Origin: a virus
Reading direction: 5' to 3' (one strand)
Virus record (IMG/VR): IMGVR_UViG_3300042197_000731
Span: 32,001-96,000 of that record
DNA: 64,000 nt
The translations under genes were made by a program, and so were the position numbers. The notes beneath the pieces are model-generated. The model was not told the origin of the DNA, did no database searches, and was given only the letters and a program-made list of their open reading frames with translations. This document shows, one piece after another, positions 30,387-38,514 of this stretch. Each line of letters opens with the position of its first letter. The first letter of the stretch is position 1.

Positions 30387-30687
30387 ATAGTCCCTTCACT
30401 TCTTCAAGTTCTTTCATATTGTGATTAACGATATTGTCTTTGAACAATAGCAAGAACAACAATGCTGAATTTTTTTGAGAAAAATCTAAATGTAATCTCA
30501 TACCACCATTTCTTTGTTGTACCGAAACCTTGCTATTTTGAAATTGTATCGTGGTTATTTTCTTCGTGGAATCATAATTTATCTCTGCCTCCTGCATACG
30601 TGCCCACTCTATGACTTCATCAGTGAGTTTATCTATATCTATTGTTATAGGAAATAGTCTCATGAGTTTGCTTTTATATCTTGCCAT
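30373..30687 (-). CDS. Hypothetical protein
   Basis: 104-aa ORF coupled to both neighbours. Confidence 0.6.
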   Translation of the reverse strand: MARYKSKLMRLFPITIDIDKLTDEVIEWARMQEAEINYDSTKKITTIQFQNSKVSVQQRNGGMRLHLDFSQKNSALLFLLLFKDNIVNHNMKELEEVKGLYVTA

Positions 30688-31583
30688 CCACTTTTCAGTG
30701 TTAATCCGTAGTCGTTAGTGCCCTGTATTGGCACATAATCGTCCTTGAAAAGCAATGGTATATTTTTGAAGGGATTATAATTTACTTCGTGATGAACTCT
30801 GCCAAATTTCCAGGTCAGTTTACTAACGTCTGGATGCATATCAACCTGCATTTGACTTTTAGCATTAGTGCCTTCTTTGGCGTAAAATTCAGCAGTATTA
30901 CCGCCACCTAATTTCTGAGTACGCATTTTATCTTGTAAGAAAGCATTAAACTGTACGGTTGCCCAACCTGCTTTAAGCATTCTTAAACTTATATCAGTGT
31001 CTTCATTATATCGACCACGCCATCTGAATGGAGTATCATTACGAATTAAGTTACAACTATAAATTCTGGTATTCGCAACAAAGGGTGGAATCTTGGAGTT
31101 TTGTGGAGCAAAAGCACGATATTGTGGACCCGCCATACCGATATTTTTATATCTGAGTACGAAGTCTTCCATGATCCTAAAACAAGTACCATCACCAAAT
31201 CTGATTTTCTTATTATCAGTCAATCGTAAAAATTCAGCAATGTTATCATCACTAATCCAATGCCAATCATGGCCAGTAGAAATACTATGATCCCACGCGA
31301 AGTTTCTGGCAGGGCCTGGCCCAGTTGATTTAGTCAATCCTAGATTATCAAAGCAATCATAATTGCGTTTATACGACATATCTAATTCTAATATCGTAGA
31401 AAATGACTTTTGTCCTGTATCTTTTTCCCAATTTCTTATTGACTTGTAATACAATTCACATTCTTGCGGCTCTACAACTAAGTAATGAGGTACTTTCATG
31501 AGATCCAATATTTTACTAGTCAATCTCATATTATTTTCAAATCTACCTTTTGTTGGAATATAGTATGGAAATTTTGGATTCAT
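30660..31583 (-). CDS. TET-associated (GREB1-like) glycosyltransferase, candidate DNA base-modifying enzyme
   Basis: YIPTKGR, VVEPQE, GPARNFAWDHS, WISDDNI, NTRIYSCNLI, RGRYNEDTD and GGNT motifs. Confidence 0.8.
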   Translation of the reverse strand: MNPKFPYYIPTKGRFENNMRLTSKILDLMKVPHYLVVEPQECELYYKSIRNWEKDTGQKSFSTILELDMSYKRNYDCFDNLGLTKSTGPGPARNFAWDHSISTGHDWHWISDDNIAEFLRLTDNKKIRFGDGTCFRIMEDFVLRYKNIGMAGPQYRAFAPQNSKIPPFVANTRIYSCNLIRNDTPFRWRGRYNEDTDISLRMLKAGWATVQFNAFLQDKMRTQKLGGGNTAEFYAKEGTNAKSQMQVDMHPDVSKLTWKFGRVHHEVNYNPFKNIPLLFKDDYVPIQGTNDYGLTLKSGWQDIKANS

Positions 31584-32029
31584 ATTACATCTTTGTATGT
31601 TCTGTATCTTTTTATTTCACGCACGACATTAAAACTGACATTATAATCATCTGCTATTTCTTTCATCAAGCGTGAGTCATTTCTTATTGACCTTACATCA
31701 TTCTCTGACAGCGTTCGTTCTTTATATTTGTGATTACGTTTTTTATTATACATATCACGCACATTGTCTAAATGAGTTCCTAAAAATAAATGTTCTGGAT
31801 TTACACACAGTCTGTTGTCGCATTTATGACACACATAAAAATTATCAAGGATCATTCCAGACATTTCAGCGGAAAGTCTATGTGCTTTTACAGATTTTCC
31901 ATTATATGAAAAAGCACCATATCCAGTAGCATATCTTCCAGCAGTCCATTCCCAGCAACCATTAGATGTGTTTTTGTTTACTTTTTCCCAAAATCTTTGT
32001 TCTAAGTTTATTGATTTACGGCCAGCCAT
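31580..32029 (-). CDS. HNH homing endonuclease
   Basis: RFWEKV, CWEW, GYG.F, AHR and VCHKCDNRLCVNPEHLFLGTHLDNVRD. Confidence 0.9.
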   Translation of the reverse strand: MAGRKSINLEQRFWEKVNKNTSNGCWEWTAGRYATGYGAFSYNGKSVKAHRLSAEMSGMILDNFYVCHKCDNRLCVNPEHLFLGTHLDNVRDMYNKKRNHKYKERTLSENDVRSIRNDSRLMKEIADDYNVSFNVVREIKRYRTYKDVI

Positions 32030-32055
32030 TTTGTTTTATAGTAATTGAGGATTAC

Positions 32056-32307
32056 TCATTCTTCAATCCAGAATAGATCACTTACGTTGTTTTGCTCTCG
32101 TTTAGGAAACCAAATACTTTTTGTTTTCTTAGTCAATGATTGACCAACTAGTTCCTCAAACCTTTTGACTGCGGCCTCATCTTCAAAGTTAATCAATAGT
32201 TGACGATATGCTCCATTGTCAGGCTGATTGTATGATGGCATATTTTGCCAGTGTTCGTCATAGAACTCTTGTGGCCACTCGATAACTTCTTCGTCAGTTG
32301 TATTCAT
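32056..32307 (-). CDS. Small protein of the type that accompanies TET-associated glycosyltransferases
   Basis: HWQNMPSYNQ...INFEDE...VGQSLTKKTKSIWFP. Confidence 0.6.
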   Translation of the reverse strand: MNTTDEEVIEWPQEFYDEHWQNMPSYNQPDNGAYRQLLINFEDEAAVKRFEELVGQSLTKKTKSIWFPKREQNNVSDLFWIEE

Positions 32308-33041
32308 TATTGCTTCTGTACTGGTAGTAGATATTCGTATTCGGTAAGTCCGCTATCAAGTGTAATACGCATAACACCCGCATCACTGATATACACATGT
32401 TTATCACCTGTTAGGTCCATAATTGCTAGAAATTGCTTTACAGGCCAGTGAAAAGATTTAGACAGTGAGCCAGATACACCTGCTTGAAAAACGAACTTGC
32501 CAGCATGTGTTGATGGATTACCAAACGACATTGCTATAGAGTTATTTTCATATAGTACGTTGAAATTTGGCTCATCACTATGTACGTTAGATTGCTTTTT
32601 GAGCCTGGTAATACCCGCAACAGTAGGCTTAAAATTCAAATGCCAGGTAGCACCCTTGAAAATAACGTTTTTGATTTTTTGCTCAACCAATGTCTTACTC
32701 ATTAGACGATAGTCATTGGCAAAATCGCCATCCTTATTTTCAAAGTGAATTACCGCTGGATGATCTTCGCCATCCTTGGTTTCTTTAAGTACATTGATCT
32801 TGGCATCAGAGTTATATTCATCGTCGAAACTAAGAATAGTTCGTAGTTTTTCAAGTGAAGGCATGCCAAAAACACCCTTAAAGGCTGGAATAGATGTCTT
32901 CATCCTAGCATTTAAGATGACTGTTTTGTTTTCGGTAACAGCAGAAATCGTAGTTTCTATGTCTGTGCCAGTTACTTTGATTAGTTCAATATTGCCGATA
33001 GGCAACGTATGATGGATGATGTCGTTTAGTATGTCCTTCAT
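32307..33041 (-). CDS. DNA polymerase sliding clamp (gp45-like)
   Basis: About 244 aa, adjacent to PolB, with FGMPSL, NDYRLM and ITLDSGLTEYEYLLP. Start at MKDIL. Confidence 0.7.
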   Translation of the reverse strand: MKDILNDIIHHTLPIGNIELIKVTGTDIETTISAVTENKTVILNARMKTSIPAFKGVFGMPSLEKLRTILSFDDEYNSDAKINVLKETKDGEDHPAVIHFENKDGDFANDYRLMSKTLVEQKIKNVIFKGATWHLNFKPTVAGITRLKKQSNVHSDEPNFNVLYENNSIAMSFGNPSTHAGKFVFQAGVSGSLSKSFHWPVKQFLAIMDLTGDKHVYISDAGVMRITLDSGLTEYEYLLPVQKQ

Positions 33042-33066
33042 TGATTTTCCTGTATTGTTTATGGAT

Positions 33067-33095
33067 AGTTTAATGTCTTGATGTTTCAAAGTCAA
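33067..33095 (-). promoter_or_regulatory. Sigma70-like promoter
   Basis: Minus strand TTGACT-N17-TAAACT upstream of the clamp RBS. Confidence 0.5.
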
Positions 33096-33113
33096 GATAA
33101 TTGTTTACAAAGT

Positions 33114-34145
33114 TTATTCAAAAACGAAAAGATCACTAAGAACTTCGTCAACTGCGGTAAGTTCACGTAAATTCCAGTTTAGTACGGATAGTAAGTTATC
33201 AATCTTTTCGTCAACCAGAGTTGTTTCCATGCTTGCGTCATCAAATGGCAAAGATAGGAACCATTCTGGCAATCGTAGTTCATCGGTTGGATATGCGATA
33301 CTAGTAAAGTTGTGTGGGTTTGATTTTAGTTTACAAATAACAACACGCATACCATCAACGATCTGCATACTGTAATTATCATTGTTTATCTGTCTTAGAT
33401 AATTCCAGTTCAGGCTAGCCCGGACATGTCCGGGCATATTGGTATCACCATCATCTTCGTCACTGACAAAGATTGACTTGTCCATTTTTTTGGCATTTGA
33501 TTTTGCTTTGTTAGCATATAGTGTTAGATTGTTGACGGATTTCGGACTGCCCTTCATCCAACTGCTCATTTCTGATAGTTCTTTTTTGAATGTTTTTATC
33601 TTTTCAATAATGAATTCTTTTTCTTTACCTGCTAGAACTTCCTCTAACACTTCCATGAGAAATACTTGAACAAATTTTGGAGTATCACTGCGTTTGAGAT
33701 CAAGTCCCATGGCCTTGATTTTACCACGTTTACCATTAACATCTAATCTTTTGCCTTCTTTATCATAGATGTTTACAGCATAGCGTTTCTTCGTGATGAA
33801 TAGAGCACGATCACCTACTAACTCTCGGCCTGCCTTAATAATTTCACCGTTCTTTGTTGGACAATGAAATGCTTGCTTCATAAATTGTGGGAAACTGGCG
33901 TTTGTGTCGTTGGCAAGATCATCGTAAATTTCAATGGCTCGTTCCTTTGACCAATCTAGGGCATCAATTGCGTTACGTTCTTTGATAATAGGCCAAATGC
34001 TGTAATAAATGGAGTCGGTATTATGAACCAATATATCATTGGCAAAAAAATAAGGATCAGCATCCTCTATGCTAAGATCGTATACGTAATCATCTACTTC
34101 TCCTAAACACTCTACTGAATTTACTTTTGTCCATTCTGCATCCAT
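33114..34145 (-). CDS. Family B DNA polymerase, C-terminal part, preceded by the split-intein C half
   Basis: The first 42 aa end in VYDLSI...FFANDILVHN and are followed by TDS, KKRYA and GLDLKRSDTP. Confidence 0.93.
   Translation of the reverse strand: MDAEWTKVNSVECLGEVDDYVYDLSIEDADPYFFANDILVHNTDSIYYSIWPIIKERNAIDALDWSKERAIEIYDDLANDTNASFPQFMKQAFHCPTKNGEIIKAGRELVGDRALFITKKRYAVNIYDKEGKRLDVNGKRGKIKAMGLDLKRSDTPKFVQVFLMEVLEEVLAGKEKEFIIEKIKTFKKELSEMSSWMKGSPKSVNNLTLYANKAKSNAKKMDKSIFVSDEDDGDTNMPGHVRASLNWNYLRQINNDNYSMQIVDGMRVVICKLKSNPHNFTSIAYPTDELRLPEWFLSLPFDDASMETTLVDEKIDNLLSVLNWNLRELTAVDEVLSDLFVFE
34020..34145 (-). mobile_element. Split intein, C-terminal fragment (42 aa)
   Basis: Blocks F/G: YVYDLSIE..PYFFANDILVHN, followed by Thr+1. 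Confidence 0.9.
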
Positions 34146-35083
34146 TGTACTACCCTTTCTATTGTTTCAATTTTGTTTTTTCTAAATTCATTTTCCCATA
34201 TAACCATTACTCTAAATCCGTGATTTATTGCCGTTTGTATTTTCTTTTTGTCTTTTTCCCACACATCTTTTGCCAACATATTGCCTATAATTTTTCTGTC
34301 TTCTTTGTATATAGAAGGATTACAGTGCCAATAATCTCCATTGAATTCTATTATACAGTTTTTGTGTTTTATATCAAATATAACGTATGAATTTAATTCG
34401 TGACACCATTTTCCATAAGGTTTATTAAATGTAGTATGCTCTAGACGACCAACTTTTTCTTCTAACATTGTTGTGAATTCTTTTTCTAAGTTTGAACCTA
34501 AATTTTCTTTTGATTCTTTTCTAGATAAAATCACTTCAACGGCTTCGTCTAGCGTAATTTGAAGTTTGTTAGCGATTGCTATTGCCGAATTAGAGGTTCC
34601 TTTTTGTTTGTTATACTCTAAATATTTTATTGATCCAAGATCTTGGCCATACTTTTCAATAAAATACTCTTTAGTATTACTGTATGCCTGTTTATCACAA
34701 TATTCATGCCATTTTCTCAAGCCTTCTTTTTCGCCGTATCTTTCAATACATTTTTTTAAAGTAATAGATCTGCTAGCATTATATTCTAAAAATTGTTTCT
34801 CAGACCATCCATATTTTTCTTTTTTATATTCATATGTATTAGAGTATGCTTGCTTTTCGCAATATGATTTCCAACGTGCTTCTCCCTCGATCTGTCCATA
34901 CTTTTTAACCATATTTTCGTATGTTAAAGTTGTTTTTTTTGCTAAACTAGGATCAACTAACATAGCATTTGGATATTTTTTTAGATATTCGTCACACGTC
35001 TTAATTTTGCCAGAACATTTATATCTTAGATGTGTCCATTGAATTCTGTTAACTTCTTTGCTACATTCTAAACATTTAATCAT
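34121..35083 (-). CDS. Free-standing Vsr/EDxHD-like homing endonuclease
   Basis: IIEFNGDYWHCNP...DKKK...VIWENE, an N-terminal CxxC..H motif and repeated KYG..EG..W..YC.KQAYSNT units. It sits between the intein halves. Confidence 0.82.
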   Translation of the reverse strand: MIKCLECSKEVNRIQWTHLRYKCSGKIKTCDEYLKKYPNAMLVDPSLAKKTTLTYENMVKKYGQIEGEARWKSYCEKQAYSNTYEYKKEKYGWSEKQFLEYNASRSITLKKCIERYGEKEGLRKWHEYCDKQAYSNTKEYFIEKYGQDLGSIKYLEYNKQKGTSNSAIAIANKLQITLDEAVEVILSRKESKENLGSNLEKEFTTMLEEKVGRLEHTTFNKPYGKWCHELNSYVIFDIKHKNCIIEFNGDYWHCNPSIYKEDRKIIGNMLAKDVWEKDKKKIQTAINHGFRVMVIWENEFRKNKIETIERVVQWMQNGQK

Positions 35084-35115
35084 ATGCTGATACTCCTATC
35101 AGCATATATTTATTA

Positions 35116-37503
35116 TTATTTTGGAGAAAACGTTATTATTAAATCATTTTCTTTGATTTCATTGGGTTTGACTTCGGTCAAAAACCCATCTCTGTCTACG
35201 ATTAAACTATGATCTTCTGTTACTGTTACTTGCTTTCCATTTTTGGTAGTTATACGATAAAGTTTCTTTTTTGTTTTATGCCGCATAACATAACTGATTG
35301 AATAAGCATTGGGTTCCATTTGTTCAGCACTAAATCCAAGAACTTTAGTTTCGTTCCAAACTCCGTATTCTTTCTCGCCTACTTTTGAATGTTCTAGGCA
35401 ATTCGCATATAAACTAGCAATAGTCATATCACCATCAGATGTTCTTATAATAGAATCTCCCGTAACACTGTCGCCATAAATTACTGCTTTGCCCGTTAAA
35501 TCATACTCGCCCGTTACAAGTTCGTTTAACTTAGAACCCATATGTTTTACGATTTGTCTACCGGATAGTGTAACGCTCTGGCCTATACGCAAATCATAGA
35601 ACCTACAATGCTTGTTAAGCAGGGCTCCGTATGCTGAATTAAGCAAAATTTTACGCACTAATTGACGTTTGTCCAGAAATTCTTGTTCTTCTTTGGTTTT
35701 TGCTTGCTTTAGTTTTGCTTGAACTTGTTTCCGTTCACTGTACCATCTGGTAAGTAGGCCCGGGATAACGCCTTCTTGTCCATAGGTGAATATAGTGCCA
35801 TTAGCACTTAGCATCCATGGCTGATTGCTATCGTAGATCATATGCCAAATTTCAGCAGCACTGTATGTATCACTGACGCCACGCTCCCAATCTATAGTGA
35901 TTAGAGTATCGCGTTCTTGGTTCATAACGGCGGTGTATTCAAGAGAGCCAAATAAGCCTTCCCATAGAATTGGACCTGTGATATCCTTAGCAGTTTTGTT
36001 TCTTTTTTCTCGTGCTAATCTGGTCTTCTTATCTTCAATATATTGTTCTGTTAAGGTTTGTCTGAGTTGTCCAACGATTGTTTCTGGTGCCATGTTAATA
36101 GCGCGGATAACTGACGGGTATAGACTGTTGATGTCGCACGCCGCGACCCACTCGTGCATACCCCTTTTGGGCGTAGCAACAAAGGCACCGGCGGCAGTGA
36201 TATCTTCTTCGTCATCATCTTCTTCATAAATTTCATCCTTAAGGTCAATTGTTTTGTTTTGAACGATTAGATTTCTATGATGGGCTTCATTAATAACAGC
36301 CTGCTCAATCATGGCCACGCTACCCATAACTGTTTTTAGCAGTACGGTATTTTCGTGAGCAAGTTGATTTGCCAGATCCAAGAATTTTAACTTGGCATGA
36401 ATTTTGTATACTAGTAGTGTGTCTTGGCGGTTATATTCAATGAATTTTCGCCAGTCACGATTGAACAATTGATCTAGTGTGCCTTCGTATTGAGTTTTGT
36501 TTTCTCCTACTTCCATTTCACCGATGTAGTCAAGTTTATAACTATGTCGTTGCTCGTAGTTATACTTCTTGTACAGTTGTAGATAGTCCATATGAACACG
36601 ACCAACTAGTTCATATGTAGTTTCTGTTTTGCCAAACTTGTTGATAATTTTTTGTCTGGGATGTTGATCAAATAAGCAAAATCTACGGGTATCGTTCTTG
36701 CTCATGACCCTGGTTACTCTATTAACCATATAAGGTATATCGTAACTCTCACTGTTCCAGCCAGTAAGCACATCAGCATCATCAATTAAGGCAAAGAAAG
36801 TCTCAAACATATCCACCTCATTGTCGAAGATGAATACATTATCAAAATCTTTTACCAATTCTTTTGCTGTATCAGCATCAATATGTGCGGGAGGAATACA
36901 CAATGTAACTAACTGTTCCAGCCAATCTAGATATAAGGTGATAGCCGTGACATCATTGAATGGATCTGTAGTAGGCGCAAATCCAGGGCCGAGTTTTAGA
37001 TACTTACATGTGTACACGCTATCCCAACGAAGATTGTCTGGATCGTATACTTCACAATCATCCTTATTAAGAAGATGACTGAGTTCATGTACCGTTATTT
37101 TTGATGTCGTGCGCTTACTCTTTGAACGAGTTTCTACGATATGCGAGTTTGGATACGCATATGGCTGCATATTGACTTCAATGTCGAAGAACACTGTATG
37201 TAGTTTAGGTGCTGGACGATCTAGATAATTATCTGCTAGACATCTGAAAACTGGATTAACATCACTCTCAAACAATCGCTTATTTGATAGAATACGTTTT
37301 TCTTTTTGAAATTCACTTAACTTTCTGGTGTTGAATTTACTCAGGGCATCACCGTAAACACTACGATACTTGCCCTTGGGATCTTCCCAATATAAAACAT
37401 AGTTCGTAGGATAATCCACATAGCGACGAACTCCACTATCGTCACGCTCAACTACGTGAATTATGTCCTTGTCTCGCTCAAGGACAGCATCTACATAACT
37501 CAT
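35116..37503 (-). CDS. Family B DNA polymerase, N-terminal part, ending in the split-intein N half
   Basis: ExoI FFDIEV, ExoII GWNSESYDIPY, ExoIII YNRQD, motif A DINSLYPS, motif B KILLNSAYG, then YGD followed by the intein. Confidence 0.94.
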   Translation of the reverse strand: MSYVDAVLERDKDIIHVVERDDSGVRRYVDYPTNYVLYWEDPKGKYRSVYGDALSKFNTRKLSEFQKEKRILSNKRLFESDVNPVFRCLADNYLDRPAPKLHTVFFDIEVNMQPYAYPNSHIVETRSKSKRTTSKITVHELSHLLNKDDCEVYDPDNLRWDSVYTCKYLKLGPGFAPTTDPFNDVTAITLYLDWLEQLVTLCIPPAHIDADTAKELVKDFDNVFIFDNEVDMFETFFALIDDADVLTGWNSESYDIPYMVNRVTRVMSKNDTRRFCLFDQHPRQKIINKFGKTETTYELVGRVHMDYLQLYKKYNYEQRHSYKLDYIGEMEVGENKTQYEGTLDQLFNRDWRKFIEYNRQDTLLVYKIHAKLKFLDLANQLAHENTVLLKTVMGSVAMIEQAVINEAHHRNLIVQNKTIDLKDEIYEEDDDEEDITAAGAFVATPKRGMHEWVAACDINSLYPSVIRAINMAPETIVGQLRQTLTEQYIEDKKTRLAREKRNKTAKDITGPILWEGLFGSLEYTAVMNQERDTLITIDWERGVSDTYSAAEIWHMIYDSNQPWMLSANGTIFTYGQEGVIPGLLTRWYSERKQVQAKLKQAKTKEEQEFLDKRQLVRKILLNSAYGALLNKHCRFYDLRIGQSVTLSGRQIVKHMGSKLNELVTGEYDLTGKAVIYGDSVTGDSIIRTSDGDMTIASLYANCLEHSKVGEKEYGVWNETKVLGFSAEQMEPNAYSISYVMRHKTKKKLYRITTKNGKQVTVTEDHSLIVDRDGFLTEVKPNEIKENDLIITFSPK
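35119..35469 (-). mobile_element. Split intein, N-terminal fragment (117 aa)
   Basis: Block A SVTGDSII and block B VTVTEDHSL, followed by a stop codon. Confidence 0.9.
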
Positions 37504-37769
37504 TACAGAGTTCGCCCTACTGTTTCTAGAATGGTATTTAGTTCTTCCATATCACGGTTTACTTCGGTCAACTTACTCTTATTTGCGACTTTGATAGCCT
37601 TCTTTAGAATAGATGGTTTGATCTCAAGTTCTTCTGCGATGGCTTTTACGGTCTCGTTAAGGCCAGCGTTTAGATCTTCTACTTCTTGAAGAACTTTGAT
37701 TCCCTCGTTGATTAATTGGCTAAGTTTGATTTTGGCTTCATGATTAAATGTTCGATTGTAGTCACTCAT
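37503..37769 (-). CDS. Putative dsDNA-binding protein (T4 DsbA-like)
   Basis: 88 aa with LNETVKAIAEELEIKPSILKKAIKVA and an AGGAG RBS. Confidence 0.65.
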   Translation of the reverse strand: MSDYNRTFNHEAKIKLSQLINEGIKVLQEVEDLNAGLNETVKAIAEELEIKPSILKKAIKVANKSKLTEVNRDMEELNTILETVGRTL

Positions 37770-37836
37770 GTGAACAGAACTCCTGATGTTAGATGGTTTG
37801 TGTATTGTACGCTGAAGTTGATCAATCAATCAACGA

Positions 37837-37928
37837 TTTTGGAAAAATGCCCCATTTTGAATAGAATGAGTAGCGAATTCATTGTACTATTGAGGTATGG
37901 GGCGACCTACTCGGTCCTAAGGCCAAGA
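37837..37928. ncRNA. Putative structured intergenic RNA element carrying 23S rRNA H69/H70-matching segments
   Basis: Nested stems TTTTGG/CCAAGA, GCCCCAT/ATGGGGC, AATAG/CTATT, AATGA/TCATT and GACC/GGTC, with loop GTAGCGAAT and segment CGGTCCTAAGG. Confidence 0.5.
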
Positions 37929-37931
37929 CTG

Positions 37932-38084
37932 TTAACCGATGATTAAGTATGTTAGATAATTAACATCGCTTTGATTTTCTAAATCATCAGTATATTCAAT
38001 TTTTTCTAAGACAAATTCTTTGCCTAGATTTTCTGTAGTATTTATAGTTTCTTCTGAGGTTGGAACAATATTAGATTCGTTCAT
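37932..38084 (-). CDS. Small acidic hypothetical protein (50 aa)
   Basis: Read by hand: MNESNIVPTSEETINTTENLGKEFVLEKIEYTDDLENQSDVNYLTYLIIG; it overlaps the dps stop. Confidence 0.45.
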   Translation of the reverse strand: MNESNIVPTSEETINTTENLGKEFVLEKIEYTDDLENQSDVNYLTYLIIG

Positions 38085-38514
38085 TCAGTGTAGCCTTTAA
38101 CATCCAACTATGTTTTTTATGGGCATCAATTCTATTCGCTAGGAAGTCACTTAATCCCACTTCGCCCTCACGTTCCGAAAGATCATATACCATTTTAAAG
38201 ATTTTAACGCACTTTTCACTATCTGAGAGTAGATCACTGATCATATCAAGGGCGGGTGGAACAATCAGTTCATCTTCTATTTGTGATAGCATACTAAGTC
38301 TTGTATAACTGCCAGGAGTATAACTTCCTAACTTTCTGATATTTTCAGCGAATGGATCTATGCTTTCAAAAACTTCTTCGTAAATTTTTCCGAATAGTTT
38401 GTGATACTGAGAAAAGTCATTTCCTTCAACATTCCAATGGTAAAAATGCGCTTTCAAATAGAAACTAAATTCAGTACTGAATGCTATTTTCATTGCTTTA
38501 ATTAACTCTTCCAT
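38071..38514 (-). CDS. dps: Dps/ferritin-like DNA protection protein
   Basis: HFYHWNVEG.DFSQYH.LF..IYEE, DPFAENIRKLG and HKKHSWML. Confidence 0.92.
   Translation of the reverse strand: MEELIKAMKIAFSTEFSFYLKAHFYHWNVEGNDFSQYHKLFGKIYEEVFESIDPFAENIRKLGSYTPGSYTRLSMLSQIEDELIVPPALDMISDLLSDSEKCVKIFKMVYDLSEREGEVGLSDFLANRIDAHKKHSWMLKATLNERI

Noticed and set aside
34121-35115. Group I intron interrupting the polymerase
   Set aside because: The nuclease ORF fills almost the whole gap, leaving no room for a ribozyme core, and the intein halves already explain the split.
37837-37928. tRNA, true rRNA fragment or intact I-CeuI site
   Set aside because: There is no cloverleaf or T-loop. Only 11 and 8 nt match 23S, and they are in swapped order, so neither an rRNA gene piece nor the contiguous endonuclease site is present.
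37716-37946. 76-aa + strand ORF across the structured element
   Set aside because: It has a non-ATG start without an RBS, is antisense to the dsbA-like gene and has no recognisable motif.
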